From the IMG/VR virus record IMGVR_UViG_3300032322_002907: a stretch of DNA of 64,000 nt; one strand, 5' to 3'. Both the position numbers and the translations under genes were made by a program. The stretch comes from an uncultured virus (IMG/VR IMGVR_UViG_3300032322_002907). Lineage: Duplodnaviria; Heunggongvirae; Uroviricota; Caudoviricetes. The stretch's first letter is position 1, and the number at the start of each line of letters is the position of its first letter. The notes under the pieces are model-generated. The model saw only the letters and a program-made list of their open reading frames with translations. It searched no databases and was not told the origin of the DNA. Below are positions 1 to 8,942 of this stretch, one piece after another.

Positions 1-3000
1 ATTTACAACAAAATCCCCGGTTGCATCTATTGATGCTCCTGCAAGCAAACTGCCATTTACATACAATCCTGCGTTATTAGCTCTGAGGCGTGAACATGTC
101 CCTGCGTTTATTATCACTTCGAAGCTGACTGCAGTATTACCTCCATCAGCACCTGTTCCAATGAAGGTATTATTACATCCATTATTACTCCATCCGGCAC
201 ATCTTCCTAGGAAAGTATTATTGTTGCCAGTATTGCATTGGCCAGCCCTAAACCCTAAGAAAGTATTGTAACATCCAGCATGTGAGGCTCCGCTACCTGC
301 GTAAGCCCCCACAATTGTATTTTGTGTATTATTAGTACCTCGTCTACCCGCATTTTGTCCTATATGAACATTGTTAGAGCCATTTACATATTCACCTGCA
401 GAGTTTCCAATATTAACAGTGTATGCGCCTGTAGATGCCCTGCCTGCATAAAATCCCAAGAAGATATTACATTGAGATGCATTATTTCTACCTGCATGAG
501 AGCCTATAAAAATATTGCAACCAAGCCCTGTAGTTATACAACATCCTGCATATGCACCTAAAACAATATTATCGCTAGATCTAAGACCAAAGCCTGCACA
601 TCTGCCTATTGCAATATTATTCAATCCTTGAATATTGGTAAATCCTGCACACATCCCAGCAAAGAAATTATAATCACCTGTTGATGTACAACGCCCCGCA
701 CCTGATCCTATAAAAGTATTATGACATGCACCTGCTCCTAGTGCACAAGCATCTACAACGACAAAGTTCTTTTGAGCAGTTAATGATGCTCCTCCAGCAA
801 ATAGAGCTCCGTTTACATATAATCCTGTGCTATTAACACGTAGACGCTCAGAAGTTCCTGCAGCAATTAAGACCGTATTAGTCATTGCAGAAGAAGTTCC
901 GAAAACAGAACCTATAATAGTATTATTACCTCCAGTTGTTAAACAACACCCGGCGTATCTTCCGATGAAAATATTGTCTGTACCGGTTGTGTTACAAAAC
1001 CCTGCACGTGTTCCAATAAAGGTATTAAAACATATATCAGAAGCACAGAAGCCCGCCTGGGTACCAATGAATACATTACATGACCCTCCGTTTATACAGT
1101 AGCCTGCACATGTTCCAGCGATAATATTTCTATTCCCAGAAAAAGTACGAAAAGCTGCACGACGACCAATCAGAATATTATCTGTTGATAGCGCAAAGGA
1201 ACATCCAACTTCATAACCTATTAGAATATTACAACAACCTGCAGCGTTTCTGGCAGCGAATGCCCCTATACTAATTGACGCTTCGTTTTGACCATAACAA
1301 CCTGCAAATTGCCCAACCGAAACAGAATAATTTCCTGTACTGCGCTGGCCCGCGTATCTACCTATAAAAACTTGTCCACATGCACCCCCTGCACACAAGC
1401 CTGCCCCAAATCCCAGGTGTGTATTATAACAACCTGATGTAATACCGAATCCTGCGGACTGTCCAATAGAAGTATTTCTGCTACCAAAGGTTGTTGACCG
1501 GCCCGCACCTCTACCAACATATACATTGTTTATTCCTGTTGTTAATCTGCATCCGGCAAAACACCCTATTGCAACATGGCCCTCTCCGGTTGTGATACAC
1601 ATCCCTGCATAATATCCTAAAAATGTATTGTAACTACCTGTTGTATTAAATCTTCCTGCCCATCTACCTAAATATATGTTATGACTTGCTGTTGTGGCAC
1701 AAAAACCCGCACATTGTCCTGCATAAAAATTATACTTACCAAAAGTGGTATAACGTCCCGCTAGACATCCAATAAACGTATTGTGACAACCAGTTGCAGT
1801 TAATGCACAAGTGCCCCCATTGATTACTAAATCTCCAGTTGCATCTATTGATGCGCCCCCTGCAAATAATGAACCATTAACATATAATCCAGCATTGTTA
1901 ACTTTAATTCTTTCACATGAACCTGCACCAATCATAACCGTATGAGTAACTGTTGCATTAGCACCTAAAACTGATCCGATAATAGTATTATCAGTGCCAA
2001 AAGTTATATTACATCCTGCATTGCATCCAATGAAGATGTTATTAATACCTGTTGTATTGCAAACCCCTGCACATTGTCCAGCAAATATATTAAAGCATCC
2101 TGTTGTGTTGCGTAATCCACTAAATCTTCCGAAGAAAATATTATTAGAGGCTGTGCTTGAGGTACATCCACTTGATTCACCCATGTAAATGTTGTTGCAA
2201 CCTGTAGTGGTTCCTCGACCCGCAGCGTATCCTAAAGATACATTATATGCACCAAACGTAGTTAGCCTATTTGCTTCGAAGCCAATTGCTACATTATGGT
2301 TTCCTGTTGTAAGATAACCCCCCGCATCCTGCCCAAGAGAGATATTATAACAACCTCTAGCTCCTGTTGAGGCTTTCCCTGCGTAATGACCTATAGAAAT
2401 ATTTTTGCATCCAAATGTAAACCTACAACCAGCGCCGCAACCAATGGCTATGTTAAAACAACCTGTTGTGTTGTAAAATCCTGCAAAAGACCCAATGTAA
2501 ACATTTTTGCTTCCCCCGGTATTGCTTCTACCTGCACAAAATCCGAAGAAGTTATTTTCAGTCCCGGTTGTGTTTAAAAATCCTGCTGCCAATCCAAAAA
2601 AGTTATTAATACCGCCAGTTGTGGTATAACGTCCTGCCCATCTACCTATAAAATGATTATAACATGCGGTTGTGGCACAAAAACCCGCACATTGCCCCAC
2701 AAGGAAATTATACTTACCAAAAGTGGTATATCTTCCCGCTAAACATCCAATAAATGTATTATGACAACCTGTTGCTGTTAATGCACAAGTGCCTCCATTG
2801 ATTACTAAATCTCCAGTTGCGTCTAATGAAGCACCGCTTGCAAATAATGAACCATTAACATACAATCCAGAGTTATTAACTTTAAGCCTTTGGTCAGTTC
2901 CTGCATTAATAATGACGGTGTTAGAAATGCTTGCACTATCAACAAAACATCCAATGATAACATTACAATTGCCTGCAGTGCACTGCCCAGCGTTATATCC

Positions 3001-4761
3001 AATGTAAGTATTAAAATATCCGTCTGTATTACTACAGCTACCTGCCCCAACACCTAGAAATGTGTTATATCTTCCCGATGTTATATTAAACCCTGCACGC
3101 CACCCCAATGCAATATTATTGATTCCTCCGTTAATATTAACTAAAACACATTCCCCTAATCCTATGTTATTTGAGGGGTATGCATAAGAACCTTTTCCCA
3201 AAGGCAAAGTAGTAAAGCATAATCCTGCCAAACGCCCAATTAAAATATTATTGCATCCTTCTACATTGTTAAATCCTGCACACAATCCAGCAAAGAAATT
3301 ATCAGTGCCTGTGGTATTGCAATTTCCTGTTGATGGACCGAAGAAAATATTACAAGAGCCGGTAGTATTTTTATGTCCAGATAACCTACCGATAAAGATA
3401 TTACAATCTCCGGTGGTATTATAGAATCCAGCAAAACAACCAATGAATGTATTATGACTGCCAGTGGTATTAAAACGTCCTGCATATGCTCCAAAGAAGT
3501 TATTATGACTGCCAGTGGTATTAGCAATTCCTGCATATGCTCCAAAGATGTTATTACTGTTGCCGGTGGTATTGGAACATCCTGAATATCTACCAAAAAA
3601 GTTATTACAACTTCCGGTGGTATTTAAACGTCCTGCACATGATCCAATGAAGTTATTATTCTTACCGAATGTTGTACATCTTCCTGCATTTTGTCCAATA
3701 AATGTATTAAAGCAACCAGTAGCAGTTAATGAACAAGCATCAACAACCAAAAAGTTCTTTTGTGCGGTTAATGTAGCACCAGTTAAATTAGCCAATGAAC
3801 CATTAACATACAATCCAGAGTTATTAACTTTAATTCTTTCACAAGATCCTGCACCAATAAAAACAGTGTCTGTTAAATTATAGGTTCCGCTTAAGGAACC
3901 TATAATTGTGTTGTTAGTTCCTGTTGTAACATATTGACCTGCGCGAAACCCAAAGAAAAGGTTGTAACTTCCTGTGGAATTACAAATACCCGAACATTCT
4001 CCCATGAAAATGTTTTGACTTCCTGCAGTATTATTAAGGCCCGCGCGCCACCCAAAGAAATTATTGCTATTCCCAGTAGTATTTGAGTAACCTCCCCCGC
4101 ACCCAAAAAAGTTGTTATTTTGGCCAGTATTACTCCTTCCAGCCGCTCTTCCCATAAAGTTATTATTTTCACCTTGATTAAACAACCCCGCAGAATCACC
4201 GAAGAAGTTGTTGTGAAAACTAGTATTACTAAGTCCTGTTAAAAGCCCAAAGAAATTATTATTACAACCTGATGAAAGCGCTCCTGCTCCATATCCTATA
4301 AAGTTGTTGAACCCACAACCTTGAGCGCACCATCCTGCTAAATTTCCTAAAAATACATTATTGCTAGTGTTACTGACAGCACAAGAACCTGCTTCATTTC
4401 CTGCAATTATATTATTTCCACCATCAGTAATATTTGTGCCTGCTTTTAGCCCGATAAAAATATTATGGTTACCGTAAGTTGTACAAAGACCTGCTCCCTG
4501 CCCGATAAGGACATTATGACAACCTGTGCTGGTTAAGGAACAAGCATCAACAACCAAAAAGTTCTTTTGTGAATCAAGACCTGCGCCAACGGGACACCCA
4601 CCCTTGGTGAGCATGTTGAAGTCAACTGTACCTGCAAATGTTAAAACATTGCTTCCATTTACCATAGAAGCAATTAATGTGTTTGCATTATTGGGTGAAT
4701 GAAATTCTATATTTTGAGCACAAAGACCATTCTTTACTATAAATTTCTTATCGTTAGCCAC
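1..4761 (-). CDS. Giant Cys-rich modular tail fibre/adhesin-like protein (partial, >=1587 aa, runs off the left edge)
   Basis: Read by hand: GTG at 4761 gives MANDKKFIVKNGLCAQNIEF..., followed by N-x-F-x-G-x-x-A-G beta-roll repeats. Positions 1-60 in the same frame read VNGSLLAGASIDATGDFVVN, a copy of the internal module junction. Probably absent from the ORF track because there is no stop in the window. Confidence 0.88.
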   Translation of the reverse strand, partial: MANDKKFIVKNGLCAQNIEFHSPNNANTLIASMVNGSNVLTFAGTVDFNMLTKGGCPVGAGLDSQKNFLVVDACSLTSTGCHNVLIGQGAGLCTTYGNHNIFIGLKAGTNITDGGNNIIAGNEAGSCAVSNTSNNVFLGNLAGWCAQGCGFNNFIGYGAGALSSGCNNNFFGLLTGLSNTSFHNNFFGDSAGLFNQGENNNFMGRAAGRSNTGQNNNFFGCGGGYSNTTGNSNNFFGWRAGLNNTAGSQNIFMGECSGICNSTGSYNLFFGFRAGQYVTTGTNNTIIGSLSGTYNLTDTVFIGAGSCERIKVNNSGLYVNGSLANLTGATLTAQKNFLVVDACSLTATGCFNTFIGQNAGRCTTFGKNNNFIGSCAGRLNTTGSCNNFFGRYSGCSNTTGNSNNIFGAYAGIANTTGSHNNFFGAYAGRFNTTGSHNTFIGCFAGFYNTTGDCNIFIGRLSGHKNTTGSCNIFFGPSTGNCNTTGTDNFFAGLCAGFNNVEGCNNILIGRLAGLCFTTLPLGKGSYAYPSNNIGLGECVLVNINGGINNIALGWRAGFNITSGRYNTFLGVGAGSCSNTDGYFNTYIGYNAGQCTAGNCNVIIGCFVDSASISNTVIINAGTDQRLKVNNSGLYVNGSLFASGASLDATGDLVINGGTCALTATGCHNTFIGCLAGRYTTFGKYNFLVGQCAGFCATTACYNHFIGRWAGRYTTTGGINNFFGLAAGFLNTTGTENNFFGFCAGRSNTGGSKNVYIGSFAGFYNTTGCFNIAIGCGAGCRFTFGCKNISIGHYAGKASTGARGCYNISLGQDAGGYLTTGNHNVAIGFEANRLTTFGAYNVSLGYAAGRGTTTGCNNIYMGESSGCTSSTASNNIFFGRFSGLRNTTGCFNIFAGQCAGVCNTTGINNIFIGCNAGCNITFGTDNTIIGSVLGANATVTHTVMIGAGSCERIKVNNAGLYVNGSLFAGGASIDATGDLVINGGTCALTATGCHNTFIGCLAGRYTTFGKYNFYAGQCAGFCATTASHNIYLGRWAGRFNTTGSYNTFLGYYAGMCITTGEGHVAIGCFAGCRLTTGINNVYVGRGAGRSTTFGSRNTSIGQSAGFGITSGCYNTHLGFGAGLCAGGACGQVFIGRYAGQRSTGNYSVSVGQFAGCYGQNEASISIGAFAARNAAGCCNILIGYEVGCSFALSTDNILIGRRAAFRTFSGNRNIIAGTCAGYCINGGSCNVFIGTQAGFCASDICFNTFIGTRAGFCNTTGTDNIFIGRYAGCCLTTGGNNTIIGSVFGTSSAMTNTVLIAAGTSERLRVNSTGLYVNGALFAGGASLTAQKNFVVVDACALGAGACHNTFIGSGAGRCTSTGDYNFFAGMCAGFTNIQGLNNIAIGRCAGFGLRSSDNIVLGAYAGCCITTGLGCNIFIGSHAGRNNASQCNIFLGFYAGRASTGAYTVNIGNSAGEYVNGSNNVHIGQNAGRRGTNNTQNTIVGAYAGSGASHAGCYNTFLGFRAGQCNTGNNNTFLGRCAGWSNNGCNNTFIGTGADGGNTAVSFEVIINAGTCSRLRANNAGLYVNGSLLAGASIDATGDFVVN

Positions 4762-4794
4762 GGTTCCCTATCCCCTTAGCGTTATTTTTCTTAT

Positions 4795-6375
4795 TTATGT
4801 GCGAAGTAAAGTTCCTGACCAAGTATACTTAGTTGAATCTGCTGTTGCACCCGAAACAAGTACACGAAAATTTCCTGAATTTATATCAACGTTAGCAGTA
4901 AATACAGTTTGATTTGTTTTTACAACACCATATTCTGTGGCAGACGCTGTTGCACCATTGTGTACAACAAGCAGTTCACTGATTTGAACATTTGAACCTT
5001 CTTTTCCTGTGATTACAAACTTACCTGATGTGTAAGTTGATGTTGAAAACCCGCCTAAGGAAGTTTCTGATGTTGTTGTTAACGTGCTGTTACCGGTAAC
5101 CAGATCGCTATCTGATTTTAATACTACGGTATTTAAAGTAACAATATTTGCTGCGAAATTCGCAAGTCTAAACGATGCATTTGCTGTGTCGATATTAACA
5201 TTTGTTGTTGGTTCGATTGCATATTGATCAAATATTTTCCAGGTGCCATTGTCAGAAGCGTCTCTAAAGAAACCTGCGTGAACATTTGCCCCATTATTAT
5301 AATGCCCAACAATTCCAAAATCTATATCGTCTGTAGTATTATCCCTTGCAATTTGAATAATGTTATCTTCGACAATTAAATTATTGGCGCTAACCGTTAT
5401 CACATTACCAGTAAATATAACGTTACCTTGAAAATCAATTGGGCCTGTTACAAATTGTGTTGATGCACCCGAAAGTCTTAAGAATCTTGAATCAAGGTCT
5501 ACAGTCGCTACAGTTGCTGAAGTAGTATGTCCGAATGTATCAAAATTTAGTGTAATGTCTTGAATTACAGTACCGTTCGAATTGTCCGATGAAACATTAA
5601 CTACAGAGCTTGTATCAGCGTGCGAAACAGTTACTACATTGCCTTCGTCACCAGTTCCGGAAACTGTTAACCCAGATCCTACTGTGATATTTGAAACATA
5701 AGGTCCTGTCGTATCTGTACCAAGTTCAACTGAATTTGACCCTATTGTAGTGGAAATAGTAATTGTGTTAGATGTTACATTTTCTAATGTAGCAGACGCG
5801 GTTCCTGAAACGTCACCCGTAAGGGTGACGGTAATAACCGGATCGGGTTTATTAGTTGTATTAGTCCAATCAAGGTAATATGTACCTTGCTGACCATCTA
5901 AAAGATCAGCATCTAGTGTTGATCCGCTGCCATCTACTTGTAAAATACTTGAAAGTAAGTTGGTATTTGAAACATCCCCAACAAAGGAACCTACAGATGT
6001 GACATTAGCAGCAACAGTAGGAGTAGAACTTTCACCGGTACCTGAGGTAATTGTAATTCCAGAACCTTGAATTAGGTTAGCAACATAATCACCTACTGTG
6101 TCTGTACCTAAAACAACTGAATCGGGTCCAACTGATGCAATACTTAATGGGACCCATGCATTACTGCTAGTAACCCATGTCAAAACTTGAGCATTTGAGG
6201 GAGATGCGTTTGAAACGTCTCTCCCTTGAATACCCGAAACGTTTGGGTAGTAAATATTACCCGAAAGGTCTCTACCAATCTCTACTTTCGCAAGATTGAT
6301 ATTTGAGAAGTTGTTATCAACCTCTTGATTAGTAAGTGGAGTTCCCTTAACTAACCTTAGGGTAATATTTGCCAT
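4795..6375 (-). CDS. Tail fibre / virion structural protein (526 aa)
   Basis: N-terminal LRLVKGTPLTNQEVDNNF anchor motif, LDADLLDG motif, DSVxLGTDTxGxYV repeats shared with 8942-14245, C-terminal ...ELLVVHNG...EYG domain typical of T4-like fibres. Confidence 0.75.
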   Translation of the reverse strand: MANITLRLVKGTPLTNQEVDNNFSNINLAKVEIGRDLSGNIYYPNVSGIQGRDVSNASPSNAQVLTWVTSSNAWVPLSIASVGPDSVVLGTDTVGDYVANLIQGSGITITSGTGESSTPTVAANVTSVGSFVGDVSNTNLLSSILQVDGSGSTLDADLLDGQQGTYYLDWTNTTNKPDPVITVTLTGDVSGTASATLENVTSNTITISTTIGSNSVELGTDTTGPYVSNITVGSGLTVSGTGDEGNVVTVSHADTSSVVNVSSDNSNGTVIQDITLNFDTFGHTTSATVATVDLDSRFLRLSGASTQFVTGPIDFQGNVIFTGNVITVSANNLIVEDNIIQIARDNTTDDIDFGIVGHYNNGANVHAGFFRDASDNGTWKIFDQYAIEPTTNVNIDTANASFRLANFAANIVTLNTVVLKSDSDLVTGNSTLTTTSETSLGGFSTSTYTSGKFVITGKEGSNVQISELLVVHNGATASATEYGVVKTNQTVFTANVDINSGNFRVLVSGATADSTKYTWSGTLLRT

Positions 6376-6391
6376 TTAAATTATTCAATAA

Positions 6392-6838
6392 TTAACTATT
6401 GCTAACAGTCCAAGTGATACTTAATGTATCCAGGGTTCCTTTGTTAACTACATCAAATACTGTGCGGCAAAGAAGTTCACCCCCTGAGCTGGCGTTGAAA
6501 ATGCCTGCTTCAACAACTGCATTTGCGGCTGAAGGTGTACCCGGATTGAATGTTGCAACGTAAGTCACTACGTTTGCTGCTGTTGTAGCGCTTGTCAATG
6601 CCACACGTGCGCTTTCAGTACCAAGTGTTGTATTATTAAGTGCTGCAGCAGTGTTATTCGTTCCGATTGCCATGTGTGACATGACGGCGTTGCCTGTACC
6701 AGTCATACGATGGGCAATATAGTTTCTGCCAGTTTGAACGACAAGGTTAGGTACAGTAAATTGTTGTTTTACTTCACCTAGTTCATTTGTCAATACAACG
6801 TCAAGTTTACCAATTGTTTTTAGAGTTTCTTTGATCAT
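6392..6838 (-). CDS. Virion structural protein, tail-fibre associated (148 aa)
   Basis: NLVVxxG...MAIGT...EAGIFNA.SGG.L..R..F.V.NK...LSITW pattern common in phage tail modules. Confidence 0.65.
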   Translation of the reverse strand: MIKETLKTIGKLDVVLTNELGEVKQQFTVPNLVVQTGRNYIAHRMTGTGNAVMSHMAIGTNNTAAALNNTTLGTESARVALTSATTAANVVTYVATFNPGTPSAANAVVEAGIFNASSGGELLCRTVFDVVNKGTLDTLSITWTVSNS

Positions 6839-6849
6839 TTTTATTTTCC

Positions 6850-8607
6850 TTAGGTTATTGTAGAGATTACTCCCACATATTGATCTGCGAAGTATGATAT
6901 GTCGTCTGTATAGTCATACAGGAAAATACTTCCTGGGGCCGCTGAATTAACTTCATCACTTAAAGAGTTAGTTTTCGAAATATTTATAGTGTCAAATAGT
7001 TGAACAATTTGATTCTCTAGAATAGCACTTAAATAAAGTGCTAATGATTCTTGAACCGACACATCATCTGAAAGGTTACGAATAAGGTTAGCTACTACTG
7101 TAACAGCATCTTCATATGATACAGAATCAGAAACAAGTACACTTAATATGATTTGAGCGATTAGACTATCTGTACTTGAAGTTGTATCAGTAAAACTTGT
7201 ATCAAATTCAAGCGATACAGTCTCTTGTAAAGAATTAGAATCAAGAAGAATTTTGATTGCAGCAAGAGTAGTTAATGAAAGTGGTTGATTTTCATCTACA
7301 AGTAGCTTATTCGTTGAAAAGTTTAACTGATCTATTGATAGGTTTGAATCTAAAATACTTTTTATAGTTTGTAGTATTTGTGAATCAGCTTGTGTAAATG
7401 TATCGACTTGTTCCTTTGTAAAGGCAAGTGTCGACTGATCCGCAAATTGTGTTGAAATCTCAGAAAGTGTTTTATCTACTTGTTTTGTTAACTGTTCAAG
7501 AGGATTATTTGCATCTTGTAATAATTTAATAACTGAAAAGGTCGTAGTTTCAGGAAATGTAACTATTTCTGCAACACCTTTTGTAAATGCTCTGACAATA
7601 TCATCAGCTGAGGCAATCGAATCAGTAAGTGCACGCTCTTTAATTAATGTTGCAACAACACTATCAAGTGTTGAGAAGAAATCTTCTGTTATCTTAGTTA
7701 AAGATTTTTGTGGAGTATCTGCCTTTAAAGAATCATCACTTAGAATCTTGATGGCATCAAAAAACAAAGATTCAAAGTTTGCAGAAACGTCTGCAATGCC
7801 TTTTATAATGTTATTGATTGCACTATCTGTTAAAGATACCAAATCACTTTGAAATTTAGTTGTACTTAAACTAGATGTATCTGATTGTTCAAATTGACTT
7901 TGTGCGATCTTACTAACACTTTTTGCTGGTGTATCTACTAAACTGTTTTGATCTGCTAATGTCTTAGAGAAGTTAAAGATAGTTTGTTCGATGTGTTGCG
8001 ATATATCATTTAGTGATTTTGCAAAGGTAACGGTGCTTGAATCTGCAGATGTTTTTACATCGGATAAAGGTTTTGTTGTTTGTAAAGCTATAAATTCAGA
8101 TGTACTTCTTGTATCTGCATTTACTTTTGTAATAAGTTTGCTTAACGTTTCAGAAATTGCTGAGGCATCGCTTACTGTTTTGCTTAAAGACAAGGTGAAT
8201 CGCTCAACAGCTATACCTTCATCGCTCAATCTCTTTGTAATTGATTTTGAGAATATTTCACCTGTGATAATACTATCAACTAGACCTTTGCCTTGCGATC
8301 TGATGATACTATCAGTGAAAGTCGTAGAGTCAGAGAGGGGCTTATTGAATGTAAGATTGACAACATCAAGTTCATCAATTGAATCACCAACAATACTACG
8401 ATTGTAAAATAGTATTGTAGTGAATGCATCGTTTGATGTTGTAATATCTTGAAATAAAGGATTTAAGTTAGATATTAACTCATTTTCAGAAAGCATTAAA
8501 CCTTTTTGTTTTACGGGATTCAATACCCCGTAAACACCTTCAGAAGATAATACAGACCCCTTTGTTTTATTTGTTAAAACAAGAAGTACCGCCTTTTTTA
8601 TCTTCAC
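6850..8607 (-). CDS. Repeat-rich virion structural protein with 18-aa K-x3-D-x5-[DE] periodicity (585 aa)
   Basis: KPLSDSTTFTDSIIRSQG / KGLVDSIITGEIFSKSIT / KRLSDEGIAVERFTLSLS etc.; lies in the fibre cluster. Confidence 0.6.
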   Translation of the reverse strand: MKIKKAVLLVLTNKTKGSVLSSEGVYGVLNPVKQKGLMLSENELISNLNPLFQDITTSNDAFTTILFYNRSIVGDSIDELDVVNLTFNKPLSDSTTFTDSIIRSQGKGLVDSIITGEIFSKSITKRLSDEGIAVERFTLSLSKTVSDASAISETLSKLITKVNADTRSTSEFIALQTTKPLSDVKTSADSSTVTFAKSLNDISQHIEQTIFNFSKTLADQNSLVDTPAKSVSKIAQSQFEQSDTSSLSTTKFQSDLVSLTDSAINNIIKGIADVSANFESLFFDAIKILSDDSLKADTPQKSLTKITEDFFSTLDSVVATLIKERALTDSIASADDIVRAFTKGVAEIVTFPETTTFSVIKLLQDANNPLEQLTKQVDKTLSEISTQFADQSTLAFTKEQVDTFTQADSQILQTIKSILDSNLSIDQLNFSTNKLLVDENQPLSLTTLAAIKILLDSNSLQETVSLEFDTSFTDTTSSTDSLIAQIILSVLVSDSVSYEDAVTVVANLIRNLSDDVSVQESLALYLSAILENQIVQLFDTINISKTNSLSDEVNSAAPGSIFLYDYTDDISYFADQYVGVISTIT

Positions 8608-8609
8608 AC

Positions 8610-8942
8610 TTACCTCGTAACTTGAGGATAAACAACGACTATGCCTTCAATAGGTCTTAAAATGTTGGTATTACTAGTGATCTCAACATCATAAACATAT
8701 CTACCATATTTAAGATTCGCTGTTTGTGATGGAGTCAAAGATAATGATATTGTGCCGTTTGAAACAGAAAGAACGTTTGCAGTGAACTCAGCTGATACAG
8801 TTGAAGCTGCATAATTCTTTCGAATTTGTGCGTTTGCTCTATATCCTGTCAAATTAAAAGGATTGTCATCATCATCAAAGACCTGTACAATCGCATTGTA
8901 CGTTGTACCTTGGTCGATGTAGAGATTCGTTACGGTTCCCAT
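8610..8942 (-). CDS. Small fibre/baseplate adaptor protein (BppU-N-like, 110 aa)
   Basis: NLYIDQG...LTGY...AQIRK...GTI.LSL...T..L..GRYVYDVEI...R..EG...V.P.VT signature. Confidence 0.7.
   Translation of the reverse strand: MGTVTNLYIDQGTTYNAIVQVFDDDDNPFNLTGYRANAQIRKNYAASTVSAEFTANVLSVSNGTISLSLTPSQTANLKYGRYVYDVEITSNTNILRPIEGIVVVYPQVTR

Noticed and set aside
1690..2835. Near-identical repeat pair as a possible DGR template/variable repeat
   Set aside because: Differences are mostly synonymous and not adenine-specific, both copies are in-frame coding modules, and no reverse transcriptase is present in the window.
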